Assembly (NCBI GenBank): GCA_964016885.1 | Contig: OZ024741.1 | Coordinates: forward strand, 355,756,001 to 355,820,000 | Length of the DNA stretch: 64,000 bases | From: Eledone cirrhosa | Taxonomy: Eukaryota | Direction: 5' to 3' | Shown here: positions 44,724 through 57,350 of the stretch, one piece after another | How positions within the stretch are numbered: the stretch's first letter is position 1 | Layout: the number at the start of each line of letters is the position of its first letter | Notes under the pieces: model-generated | Databases searched by the model: none | What the model was told of the DNA's origin: nothing | Seen by the model: the letters and a program-made list of their open reading frames with translations, nothing else | Made by a program: the position numbers and the translations under genes

Positions 44724-45696
44724 ACTAGACATGAAAAATGCGCAAGCTCAAAAGTGCCACAGAATGTTATAATAAACCTTCAAAAGTGTGGGACTAGAGT
44801 TGTTGCTAAAAAATATTGTAATCATTATATATCGTACATTCTGTGGCATCCTTTATAAAAATAGGTTAAACCAACGAAGCCTTTATTTTTACGCTATTTC
44901 ACTTAGTTAATTCTTAGAGTGTAACATATAAAAATATGATTTACAACTATAAAATAAATTAATTAATATAATAACAGAGCTGCGGAGCTGAAATTTAGGA
45001 AATAATGGAATATCGGATCCTGAGTTGGAGCCAGTCAATTTTTGGCCGACTCCGCAGCCCTGTATAATACATTTCATATTAAAGTTATTAATAAACCTAT
45101 TTTACACTGCATGCAAATTACCATGAGATATTGATATTAGATATAAGATACAGCGCAATATCTACAGCTGTAAAAGTACGAAAGCGAAGTAATAATAAGT
45201 GGCTTAAGGTAATTCCAATATGAAAGTTTGTAGTGATAAAAATTTGATAATGCAATACGATTGTTAATATTATAGTTCTATGAAAATGTAACAATAGATA
45301 ACTAAATTATTTTACTATTAGTAAATATAATATATTTAATATTTAAGAAATTATCATTATAGATTTGATCGTTCATATAAGCATCATATTAATTTTCAAC
45401 ACAATTATTTTGTTACTATGAGTATATGATAATAATATTACGTAATTATTTATAGCTGTTATTACATTAAACATAGATGTATTTATTTTTATATGTTACA
45501 CTCTAAGAATTAACTAAGTGAAATAGCGTAAAAATAAAGGCTTCGTTGGTTTAACCTATTTTTATAAAGGATGCCACAGAATGTACGATATATAATGATT
45601 ACAATATTTTTTAGCAACAACTCTAGTCCCACACTTTTGAAGGTTTATTATAACATTCTGTGGCACTTTTGAGCTTGCGCATTTTTCATGTCTAGT
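44724..45696. mobile_element. Fold-back element with ~213-bp inverted arms (44724-44936 / 45484-45696)
   Basis: Arms read as exact reverse complements by eye; outer ends ACTAG...CTAGT; no clear TSD. Confidence 0.85.
44975..45062. mobile_element. 88-bp hAT-like MITE inside the fold-back spacer
   Basis: TIRs cagagctgcggag / ctccgcagccctg; 8-bp TSD tataataa / tataatac. Confidence 0.75.
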
Positions 45697-46889
45697 TTAA
45701 TATTTTTTTAAGGCAACGCTTGTAATAACTCTAGTTAAAGAGGATATATATTAATAATAAATTATCGTTGTAATGTAATTAGATTATGTAATTGTTATTA
45801 TAAATTATCTTATAAATATTAGTGTAAGATGTATAAAAATATTTTCAGACTTTTAATATAAACAACTACAAAAAACAATCAATATTAAATCAATATATTA
45901 TACATAATAGAAAACATAAAATAAACAATACAAAAACAAAATATTTACATACAATTGCAATTATCAGTGTATATACATTTTCTTTATATTCCCTGAGCAA
46001 ATTAATAAGATTTGCTTTTATTGTACATAATTTGATGACTTGTTGGAGTGTATTAAAAGATAGCAACAATTTGTGATTAAATTGTTATCTTAAGCAACTC
46101 ACTTTTTAATAGTTTTTGGCTGAGCGAAATTGTAAAAGCCTATGAGCAAATATAAAAAAAAATACACAAACAACATTTCCTTGTGTTATTACAACATTAG
46201 ATAAAATAATTGAGCAATGTCGTTATATTTTGCTCTTATTGCACATTAATAGTGTTTCTATTTTTCAGCACAAATCCATTACGGCAGTCCATTACTGGTA
46301 CTTTATTTTATCGAATTAGTAAGTATGAAAGTCGAAGTTAACCTCGGCAGGATTTGAACTTAGAATGCAAAGGACCATAACAATACTGCAAAGCATGGTG
46401 TCTGACGCTCTACCAATACTTGTGTTGAGCTGGTCATTAATTTATGGTGGTCGTGCGTGGAGTAGAGCAATCGCTAGTTGAAATATTATGAACAAAACAT
46501 TTTTATTTGCCGAAGAACATATTTTCAATACTGTTTGTGAATGTGACGAAGGAAATACATTCTGATATGGAACAGTGTACAAAGTGTGTCTGTGAATAAC
46601 ATAATGTTACCTCATGTTGTTGTCAAGACATAATGGATTTCGTATATCCAGTTAGAAGATGAAACCTAGCCATCTCGGATTAGTTATATTTCATGCCATG
46701 TGTAAACGTGTTTGAGGATAGCAAAATATGCGTGTTTCTTGTCTGGAAACTTTCTGCTAAACTGATTGGTTTCGTTTTTGGCACTATACAATACTCATCC
46801 AACAGATAGCTGTATTGGATCCTTGATTGGTTAATATTTAGGTGAGGGTGCTTGATGCAGAGTTAGTGCAAAATGGATCAATGAGTGTA

Positions 46890-47540
46890 ATAATAATAAT
46901 GATAATAATAATGAAAATATTGTGTACAATGCTGAGGTGCACTACAACTCATCAAAAGTGCATATATAATACATAGGGTAATATAAAAACGTCAGGAAAA
47001 AAGAACAGTGCATGAGTCATGATATACACATATGTGCATGTGTATGGAAGGGGGACATCAGGTGTAGTTTTGGTGTATTTCGGAATGTATGATGGTTTTA
47101 AAGGATGCAGTGTGTCATCAGCTAACAACTGATGCAGGAAGTTTGTTCCATCCTTCAGCAACTCTGAGCATGAAGAAATATTTCCTAAAGTCATGGGAGC
47201 TGTGTTGTTTTCTGACTTTGTAGGCATGTCCACGTGTTAGACACATGGAGATCAAAAAGGTGTTCGGGGTTGTTGTTGGTCGGATGGTTAATAACTTTGT
47301 GGGTGTTTACCAAGTCCATTGCCAGAGGGAAGCAAAATATTCAGGGTATGGTAGGTGTCTGATGGAGGGTATGCGCTTGGTTGCATGTCTCTGAACAGTT
47401 TCCAGGAGGTCAATGTTCTGAGCAAGATAGGGGTTCCAGACTGATGACGCGAACTCCAAGTGTATTCGTACCATAGATGTATACAGCTTTAAATAGATGG
47501 CTGGAGAGCAGCTAATGAAGGTCTTGCTGATTGATGCCAA
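46890..47540 (-). mobile_element. CR1-clade LINE 3' fragment with (ATT)n-like tail
   Basis: LYTSMVRIHLEFASSVWNPY..NIDLLETVQRHATK is the canonical CR1 post-RT motif. Confidence 0.88.
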
Positions 47541-47729
47541 GTCAATCTTAATAAATTGACTGATTTATCTGTTCACTACTGCTAATCCACCGCTGTTTGT
47601 ACAATTTTTTAGATAATGTCAATTTGAGCTTGAATCATTGGTGTAATGAAATTTGAAAAGATTATAAGCAAATCTTTTTTAAAATACACAGACAACATTT
47701 AACTGTATCGTTGCAACATTAGATCTAAT

Positions 47730-47906
47730 AATTGTTTCTACTTTAGGCACAAGGCCAGCAATTACCCAGTGCATTACTGGTACTTTATTTTATCTACCCC
47801 GTAAGGATGAAAGGCAAAGTCAACCTCGGCAGGATTTGAACTCAGATCGTAAAGGGATGTAACTATGCTGGAAAGCATGGCATCCGACCCTCTACCAATA
47901 CTGCCA
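47730..47906 (-). mobile_element. Family A SINE
   Basis: Near-identical reverse complement of 24139-24313. Confidence 0.93.
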
Positions 47907-47933
47907 AAATAATGGAGCAACATTTGTGCAGAA

Positions 47934-48398
47934 TTATTGTTTGTGCAATAAGATATTTGCAGATCTGTACTTGGTCTGCTCTTTAGCCAACTCGGTACGT
48001 TTAGAAGCTCTACGCTCGGCTTGCTTTTGAGATATAATAGCTGAATTTGCAGATCTATACTTGGCCTGCTTGTTTGCCAACTCATACCGTTTTGAACATC
48101 TATACTTGGCCTGTTTTTGTGTTAATTTAGCAAAATTCACAGCTCTATAATCGGCCTGTTTTTGTCTCAACTTCTCCCGATTCCGCATCCGGTAAGCTGC
48201 TTTCACATCCAATTTAATACGCCCATCTAGATTATTAGCACAGGAATGTGAACAAGCTTGTGGGACCGCATCATTGTAAGTATATGAACTGCCTGCAACA
48301 TCAAGACCCAATTCACAAGTGCAGCGTTGCTCATTCACATCGGCAGTGGGGACACCAAAATCAGTGACAGGTCTCGATTCACTCGCGAGATACATCAC
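47934..48398 (-). other. Orphan ORF fragment with 15-aa basic repeats, probably transposon or virus derived
   Basis: YRMRNREKLRQKQAD/YRAVNFAKLTQKQAK/YRCSKRYELANKQAK/YRSANSAIISQKQAE/RRASKRTELAKEQTK/YRSAN. Confidence 0.5.
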
Positions 48399-48426
48399 AG
48401 CTACACTATATATTTAAACATATATA

Positions 48427-48486
48427 CAGTGATACCTCGCTACTTGGCGGTTCAACTATCGCGGATTCACGATTTCGCGCATTTTT
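48427..48486. mobile_element. Single Tigger/pogo-like terminal inverted repeat remnant
   Basis: TA-cagtgatacctcg...atcgcggattcacgatttcgcg; partner TIR not found. Confidence 0.5.
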
Positions 48487-48564
48487 AGAATATATATATG
48501 AACACCTAAAATTTTTCATTAAATCCATTAAAATATTAATAATAAACACAGTTCTAATCATACG

Positions 48565-48601
<37 letters not shown>

Positions 48602-48689
48602 TAAGTAATTAATACCGTATAAATGGTACAAAGACTGTTTATGTAAAATGTATTTCTCAACAGAGTATTGAATACTTAGGAGAAATTCA

Positions 48690-48899
48690 AAACGAAGAGT
48701 GATAAAATTTCAAGCAAAGAGTTTAATTAGGTAATGACTTACAAATTTGTTTCAGTATATAGACAAAGCCTGAAGCGCTAATTATAATAATTAGTTAATA
48801 ATATTACAAAATATATTAATATTATATTAAATATATACTGAAACAAATTTGTAAGTCATTACCTAATTAAACTCTTTGCTTGAAATGTTATCATTCTTC

Positions 48900-48903
<4 letters not shown>
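48690..48903. repeat. Inverted repeat, ~72-bp arms
   Basis: aacgaagagtgata...caagcaaagagtttaattaggtaatgacttacaaatttgtttcagtatata and its reverse complement at 48833-48903. Confidence 0.9.
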
Positions 48904-48998
<95 letters not shown>

Positions 48999-50588
48999 TC
49001 TAGTCCTTCGCTCAAGATTAATCTATAAGTTTAGATGTCTGCCTTCGTTTAAGTAAATATTACAGTAAGATTTTTAATATAAACAACTACAAAAAACAAT
49101 TAATATTAAAACGAAAAAATTATCAATGATAAAAGAAGCGGATGCAACTTTTTTTTTTATAAAGTTATATTCCTGTTTCTTTAAAGAACATTTCATTTTT
49201 GTTCTATTGTAGGCGAAATAATGCAATGGTTTAATAGGGAAGATATAACTTACCAATTATGTCTCTAACCGTGTAACGCTTTTTAAGTAGATAACTACAA
49301 TTGAAAATACTAAAGAAATGGAACCAACAATTCAATTTGAAAGTCGTCTACTTATAGTGACAGTGTATTACTGGTACTTTATTTTATCGACCCCGTAACG
49401 ATGAAATGCAAATGCTTAAAATTTAAATTGCCTTAATTCTATCGTCTGCTGTTTCATTAAAGGGAGATTCTCGTCTGTATTTAATTCTATCGTCTACTGT
49501 TCCACTAAACAGATATACCTCCACTATCGTCTCTATTTATACATTTTAACTTATAACTTATACACATTTGATTTGAAATATTTTATCTAGTCCCCCCTCT
49601 CAATATTATGATGATTTCTTTCGAATGAAACAGTTCTAGTCCTGTAGAAGCCATTTATATATATAATTGAACTGAGTTAAAAATTCACAATATTTATAAT
49701 TAAATAAGCTCATATATATATGTGTGTATTTATCTGTTTATTGTATTATATATAATGTGTGTATATACAGGATGTCCCCCAAAAATATATACACACTTCA
49801 ACAGCATTCTAATAACTATTGCCTGTACAGGTAATCAAAGTGTCAATCGAATGTTAGTTTCGTGTTTTAACAGTACAAATTTACAATACACACATAAAAC
49901 CAGTGTATATACATACATGAGTGTGTATACACATACATGAATGTGTATATACAATATATATGTATATATATATATAGACACATATATTCACGGTGCAACG
50001 GAACATTAAAATATAGATGCGGGAGGGGGTGTATATATAGGGGCGCTGGGGATAAAGGAGTGTAAAGCGTGTGTAATTGATATATTGAAGGAGAGGAGCG
50101 TGCAGCGATAGAGTAACAAATATATAGAGAGGGGGAGAGATGGTATTGAAGGGGAGGAGTGCAAAGCGAAAGAGTAAGAGAGATATATATAGAGACGGAA
50201 CAGATAGAGAGAAACAGGCGTAAGTAACAGTGGAAGAGATATATAGAGAGGGGGAAATGTGTTATTGAAGGGGAGGAGTGTAAAGCGAAAGCGTAAGATA
50301 TATATAGAGAGAGGGGGAATAGTATATATATATATATATATATCAACACTTACTCTGATTGGTTGAAAATTAGCCAATGACATACGATCACCACCACCAC
50401 GGCTATCCCCGAAAAATTTATGAAGATGTTAGGCATATATGTTAGAACACGAAAAGTGAACATTCTGTTGTTTCACACTTTTCGTGTTCTAACAGATATA
50501 CACACGCGCACATACACATATATCGTGAGACTAAATTCCATTACCAATCACATCTTCTTGTGGTGTTTGCAAAAGTTATCTATCTATC

Positions 50589-51690
50589 GCAAACATGCGC
50601 TGAGGCTGCGGCATCTCCAGGTATTCCTCACCGACCCCCAACCGGTGTGGGCACCGTTTGTGAGACAGGCTTTCCCACAGCTCGTCTCGCTAACGGAGCT
50701 GCAGTCCTGGATGAAGAAAAGACCGAAAACGATGGGCGCCTGGCACATTGAATGCGCTCAGGCGCTCACAGTCCTCTGGCAAGCGGGCGCAGCAATCAGT
50801 GGAGACTCCACTTCGACATTCTATAGAGGGATTGTACGTTACAAGGGCGACGACGTGCTCGGAGAGACTCTGGGCGTCGAAGACGATGAGCTCACCAGTC
50901 TGTTTGGTAGGACTTTCCGCCCGGGACCTATGGACAACTTCCAGAGGTCCCTGGCCTGGCAGTGCTACCGAGGAGCTCTACCGGTTCGTGACAAGATCTA
51001 CAGGCACGGACGCCCTGGCAGGGATCCTTCCAAGAGGACGTGTCCAAGATGTGCGCAGGACATTGAAACAGTTCTGCACGCAATTGTACACTGCCCGGGC
51101 GTAAGCGACCTGTGGAACTATATAGAACAACTGCTGTCGCGTATGGGACAAATACAGTTGACTGCCGAGTCCATAGTAAGGATCAAACCGCCAGACTCTT
51201 TCAAAAACGAAAGAGAGGCGGTTTTCCTCTGTATGGTGGCTATGGTGAAAGAAGTTATATGGTGGACGAGGTTGAGAGGACTGAGGACAGATGCCTTTCT
51301 CTCCGGACAACAATTGATTCCCTTCTTTAAGTATCACTTTAGAAGGAGAATCAGGGTGGAGAGAGAGGCACTGCGCCCCAGTAAATTTACTGAAAGGTGG
51401 GTGAATGAAGCGAAAATGGCCCGAGTGATTGGGCCTTCTCTGTTTATAAGCCTGTAGGTTGAGGAAGAGAGCAAAAGGAAGAAAGGAGCACTTGCACAAC
51501 ACGCTCCTCGAGTTGAGGGTTGTTCTATCGACGGGGTATTAAACAACCCATTTGTGGCGCCTCCCCCCTATTGGGGATTTCGATTGTTGAAATTGTTTGT
51601 TTTTATATTTTTTACACGACTGTATGTAAAATCCCCGGCATGTCTTTGTATTGTCCCCTTTCTTGTTGCGCCCTTGTGGCTAATAAAGAA
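50589..51690 (+). mobile_element. 5'-truncated Tx1/L1-like LINE with an open C-terminal ORF2 and 10-bp TSD
   Basis: RKHALRL...MDNFQRSLAWQCYRGALPV...CPRC..ETVLHAIVHC; atctatctat at 50578-50587 and 51691-51700. Confidence 0.92.
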
Positions 51691-51691
51691 A

Positions 51692-53166
51692 TCTATCTAT
51701 ATATATAAAACTGTTGTTGTCTGTGTCTGTGTGTGTCCCCTCATTTTTGCAAAGTCTATACAAATCCACATTTCTACTCCGATTGACTTCAAACTTGCAT
51801 TTATATATTCCTTGCGGTCTAAAGATAAACTGCAGCTTTTATTTTTCAATTTTCTGTTGTTAAAGGGGTGTTAGGCGCCGGTTATTGATCTCCGTCGCGC
51901 CCTTATAATATCGGTCTGTATGACTGGCTGTCTGCATTACGACATTATGACAAACATTGATGACGTATTATCTTCGCTATTTTCCGTTCATTGCCAGGGA
52001 AAGTCTTCACGAACTAAAGTATCGTCTTCCTGTTTACTTTCGGTTGCAACGTTTTTCGAAATATTTACTTCTGCATTCACAGATTGTTTTTTTTAGTTTC
52101 AGAAGACCCGTTAAGGGTGAAAGCAGCGATTCTTTGCTTAAACTTTAATCTGTTATTTTAATATATAATATAAGCGTGGCAAGCCAGCCCAGGTTAACAA
52201 TTACCTTTCCGACGGTCGACTTATTTTTCAATCGGTAAGTGTCATTTACTAATTTTTTGGCTAACAATCCTGAGACATTCCCACTTACCCCAGTTGCTTT
52301 AATATTTTTTGCAATACTTCCTGAGGCCTAATCACTTACCCCCGTTGCACACATTATTATTGGTGTTAGTACCAAGCCATATGCCCCATTACGTACATAG
52401 ATAGAAATAGTGGATCTTTTTAGAAAGCCCCTCGCCAAAAAATATCCCCACACCTATGTTAAAAATCACATACGGTGGCGTTAAGCAGTAATTTCTATCG
52501 ATCTTGGTACATAAGCGAGGAAAGGGTACCAATTACAGTTGAGATTACCATTCCGACGATCGGCTTATTTTTCAATCGGTAAGTGTCAGTTACTAATTTT
52601 TTGATAACATATCCTGAGACATTTCCACTAACTCCTGTAGATAGAAATAGTAGATCTTTTTAGAAAACTCCCGCCAAAATATCCCCACACCTATGATAAA
52701 ATCACGTACGCTGACGTTAAGCGGAACATTTTTTATTTTCTTTACCAATTACCAACTAGGAATAAATTCGTCACGGGCAACTATACGTTGGCTGCTCAAG
52801 AGTGGGATACAAGACAAATCTCTTTCCGACACGGAAGAACAAGGCACATTGTGTACAAGGAGGTGCTACAATCATTGTTTAGGTAGACGAGGCAGAAGGG
52901 GGATATACACGATTGGCTGAAGAAGGACGAAATTGTGTTAGTAGTACGACCAACGGCTGCTATCACACCAACAGCAACAAAAACAACAACAAAAAAGAGA
53001 GGGGACGCAATTACATGCTTTTGAAAAATCTTAATGGAAAATTATTTGCCTAAGCACCATTCCCAAGCCGAGGTATTCCGTACTTCTCTGTACTGTTTCA
53101 GAAAGGAGGGATAAACATGGAAATCTATGTTTAGAAGCCTGAGCAACGCCGGGCCATTCTGCTAGT
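51692..53166 (+). mobile_element. Non-autonomous Helitron-like element (~1.47 kb)
   Basis: 5' TCTATCTATATATATAAAA then (TGTC)-like repeats; 3' cctgagcaacgccgggccattctgCTAGT; internal duplication ~52200-52485 / ~52545-52722. Confidence 0.75.
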
Positions 53167-53289
53167 GTAAGATATTTCTCTTTTAAAATAAAAGATAAAC
53201 ATTAAAAAGCTAAAACAAAAAACAAAGGAGCAACTTTACCCTACCTCATCAAATTATGAATAATCTCTCAAGCATACGAGTTGAACCTC

Positions 53290-53606
53290 CTTCGGTTCCG
53301 ACTACGAGTATTCCAATTGTTCGAACAATGGAACAGCTTGCTTGTGAAATTAACGTGTAAGTGTCTGAGCATTCCACAGACATGTGTATCGTGAACATAA
53401 TTACCATGGAGATTCAGTGTGACGCAGTATGTAACAAGGTTAGCCCTTTCAATTACAGGTACAACTCTATTTGCCAGCTGAGTGGACTGGAACAGCGTGA
53501 AATAAAGTGTCTAGCTCAAACATACATCATGCCACTGGAAGTCAGTCGAACGCACGACTTTGCGATTTTAAGCTGAACACCCTAACTACCAAACCATGCG
53601 TCTCCA
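53290..53606 (-). mobile_element. SINE related to family B
   Basis: ccagctgagtggactgg..gtgaaataaagtgtct.gctcaa; tRNA-like head at the right end. Confidence 0.75.
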
Positions 53607-53824
53607 CAGATGTAACTTTAACAAACACTTTTGCATTTCGGATTATATTTCGCGCATTGTGTTCCAATAAAACTCATATCTTTACTATATAAATAATCTT
53701 AACTTAGTAATTACACGAACATGAATGTTTTGAACTGGGAATAGTTGCGAGAAGTTAGTTTCTATTTTTATGTATAGTTACTCATTAGTTTTAGAAGCCA
53801 AAATTAACCATAATAATTATTTCA

Positions 53825-54245
53825 GCAGATACTCCAGCTTGTGACGTTTGAGACGTTTGGGAGAGTCGAGTCGCTAACTGCGAGATTCTTGTCTTCACCG
53901 GCGGTTCGCCTAACCGAAGTAACTGGTGATGCTCGTGAAGGCGCTTGGCTATTCCAGCGCACCAGCCTCGCCATCACCCGAGGTAACGCTGCGAGCGTAC
54001 TGGCTTGCCTAAAAAATTTTCCAGTGCTCCTCCCGATATTGTTATCTTTTGCTCTGGCAGCGATTCGTTTGTCCATCCCTTTCGCTTGTCTTTTGTTATA
54101 TGTGGCCCCAGATGTGTATATTACCTGCTTGTGTGTTTTTTTCTTTTTTCCTTTCTGTTTTCTTTCTTTTTTCTCTTTTCATTTGTAATATTATGATGAC
54201 GGTTATGCTGACAAATAAAATTATATACACAAAAAAAAAAAAAAA
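53825..54245 (+). mobile_element. CRE-like non-LTR 3' end with poly(A) tail
   Basis: FETFG...TGDAREGAWLFQRTSLAITRGNAASVL; aataaa then an A-run at 54230-54246. Confidence 0.8.
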
Positions 54246-54321
54246 TCTACATTTACTCATGCTCTCATGATAGAGATAAAATACATATCTGAAATAAATA
54301 TTAGAAAAATATTTTAAGGAA

Positions 54322-55080
54322 GAGGTTATTTTGCTGGTCCCGGTAAAATAGACCCCCAGGCTATTTTGCCGGTAAGAGTGTCAGACACCATGCTTTGTGG
54401 CTCTTTACTGTCTGCGTTCAAATCACGCCGAAGTTAGATTTGTTTTTCATCCTTACGGAGTCGATAAAATAAAGCACCAGTAATGCACTGCGGTCGATTT
54501 AATTGATTTTCCCCTCTTCCCAAATTGTTGGCCTTGTGCCTAAATCAGAAACCATTATTATGAAGGGTCAAATCCCACCGAGGTTAACTTTGCCTTTCAT
54601 CCTTACGGGTCGATAAAATAAAGTACCAGTAATACACTGGGTATTTGCTGGCCTTGTGCCAAAAGTAGAAACCATTATTATGAAGGTGGATTGGCAGTAT
54701 CGGTAGAGGGTCGGACGCCATGCTTTGAAGCATAGAGTTACCTCCCTGTATGATCTGAGTTCAAATCCCGCCGAGGTTAACTTTGCCTTTCATCCTTACG
54801 GGGTCGATAAAATAAAGTACCAGTAATGCACTGGATAATTGCTGGCCTTGTGCCAAAAGTAGAAACAATTATTCTGAAGCTAGGTAATGTTAAAAATAAC
54901 AACACACAGATTTAACACAGAAGTTTATTTATTTTTCACCACCAATTATTAAGACAATTTAAACCCTAAACCTAACCCTAACCCTAACACTAACCCAACA
55001 CAAACACTATTTATATTTACCGGGGACCGGTAAAATAAGCTTAAAAAGCACGTTTATCTATTTTATCGGGACGTAGCCTA
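54322..55080. mobile_element. Helentron/MITE-like element with sub-terminal inverted repeats, a (CCCTAA)-like tract and three nested family A SINEs (54375-54872)
   Basis: ggttattttgctggtcccgg / cggggaccggtaaaataagc; ccctaaacctaaccctaaccctaacactaaccc at 54964-54996. Confidence 0.55.
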
Positions 55081-55831
55081 TTCATTTAAGGAAAGCGATT
55101 ATACTTTTAAAACTACAGAAAGACGGAAAATATATACAAAGAGAATGAAAACGAACGACGGATGAATATGATGGAATGATAGTAAGAAAGAAAGAGGGGA
55201 AGAATAATGGCTGGAAAAACAACAGAGAGAAAGAAAATAAAAATAAAGAGAAAGAGAAAGTAAAAGTAAGGAATGAAAGCACAGAAAAAAAACTGAAATA
55301 CAGAAAGAAAGAAAAAAGTGGAAGGAAACAAAGGAAGAAAAGAGGAAAAAAGAGAATTATTGAAAGCAAGAAAGGGATATTGGTTTTTAACGGAGGTAGA
55401 AGACAGTAATTAACTCGACCTTAGAACTTGAAGGATAGTGAATAAATACCGCAAGATATTTTGTTGGCTGCTCTACCGATCTTGCCAATTCACATTCGCC
55501 CATCTCGACGAGAAATAAATAATAAAAGAATAACTGTACGGCTAAGTCTACCTGAGTCGAAAATATATATTTAAAAAAAAAGCGGTGAATATGGATCGGC
55601 TGAAACAAGATGTGTTATAGCTTCAATATGAAATATGAAATACATTGCACTTTAGTAGTGAGGGTTATTAATGTTCTTAGGTTGATTCTGATAGTATGTA
55701 TGTATGTATGTATGTATGTATGTATGTATGTATGTATGCTTGCACGTATGTATGTATGTATGTATGTATGTATGTATGTATGTATGTATGTATGTATGTA
55801 TGTATGTATATATGTCATATATATTTATGTC

Positions 55832-56436
55832 AGGTCACCAGTTGGTGCTACTGGTAACATGTATCCCAGTACAACCTGTCTCATGGTCGGGTCGTTGGCG
55901 ACTAAACTGGCAACCCCACCAAGGTTTCTTGGTGAGGAGGGTGACTTTGGACATCCTGCAGGACTAAAAAAAAACCTGTCAAAGGGCAAAGGAGCTCTTA
56001 AGAGTCAATGGCCATCCAAAATCACCGGGAGAGATGACCCCTTAGCCTTTGTCAAGGCAGAATTCTAGGAGAAGGAAAACTCTGATATAACACGTGCAAC
56101 CCCGATGGTATCCAATGATGTTGACTTGTTCTTCTTTTTGGTAAAAATCATCTTGTTAAGAGAGTGTGACTGGCTTTGTGCAGTGCCTTTGCTCACTATA
56201 AAAGCTTCACGGCACAGGCATTGCTTTATATCTGGAGATCTCTCTGCACTTGTCGTTACATGGTACCATGGGCCTAGCACTATGTGTCAATAATTGTCAT
56301 AAGTGTAGTGTTTGTACCAGAGTTTTCAAGTCGCTGGCTGGACTAAAAAGTCACACTCGTTTAGCGCATCAGTAGGGGTTCTCCTACATGGATATAAAGT
56401 AGTGGCCGTACTCGAAAACGAGTTGGCAGCCACCAT
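55832..56436 (+). mobile_element. Short non-autonomous RTE-like element in (GTAT)n; its 3' 165 nt recur at 57597-57763
   Basis: C2H2 end [19 protein letters not shown]; 3' UTR gtagtggcc.tactcgaaaacgagttggcagccaccat; 5' part matches 15112-15296. Confidence 0.7.
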
Positions 56437-56464
56437 GTATGTATGTATGTATGTATGTATGTAT

Positions 56465-56712
56465 GTGTGGGCTGGGTGCTTTTTGCCATGGCACCTCCAT
56501 GACCACTTTGCAGTGGGAGGGTGTGAGGGAATATTGCCTATATGCTTCAGCTTCGGCTTGTTCCTGTGGGGGGTCGGGTCTTCTGTATTACTGCGTGACA
56601 CCAGAGGTCGCGGTAATGTGTCACTGCTCTTGAGAGGTGCAATTGGTTACGGTCGGCTTTTATCATCTCATCCCAGGTCCTCTTGGGTCTCCCCACTCCG
56701 CAGCTTCCATCG
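56465..56712 (-). mobile_element. 3' fragment of the RTE family at 34075-37066
   Basis: Reverse complement matches 36605-36846. Confidence 0.9.
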
Positions 56713-56793
56713 TGTATATGTATGCATATGTATATATGTAGTATATATATGTGTGTGTTTATATATACATATAAATATATATGTATGTATATA

Positions 56794-56903
<110 letters not shown>

Positions 56904-56924
56904 GTGTATATATATATATATAAT

Positions 56925-57350
<426 letters not shown>

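Noticed and set aside
55082-55409. Lys/Glu-rich or Phe-rich ORFs
   Set aside because: Purine-rich low-complexity sequence
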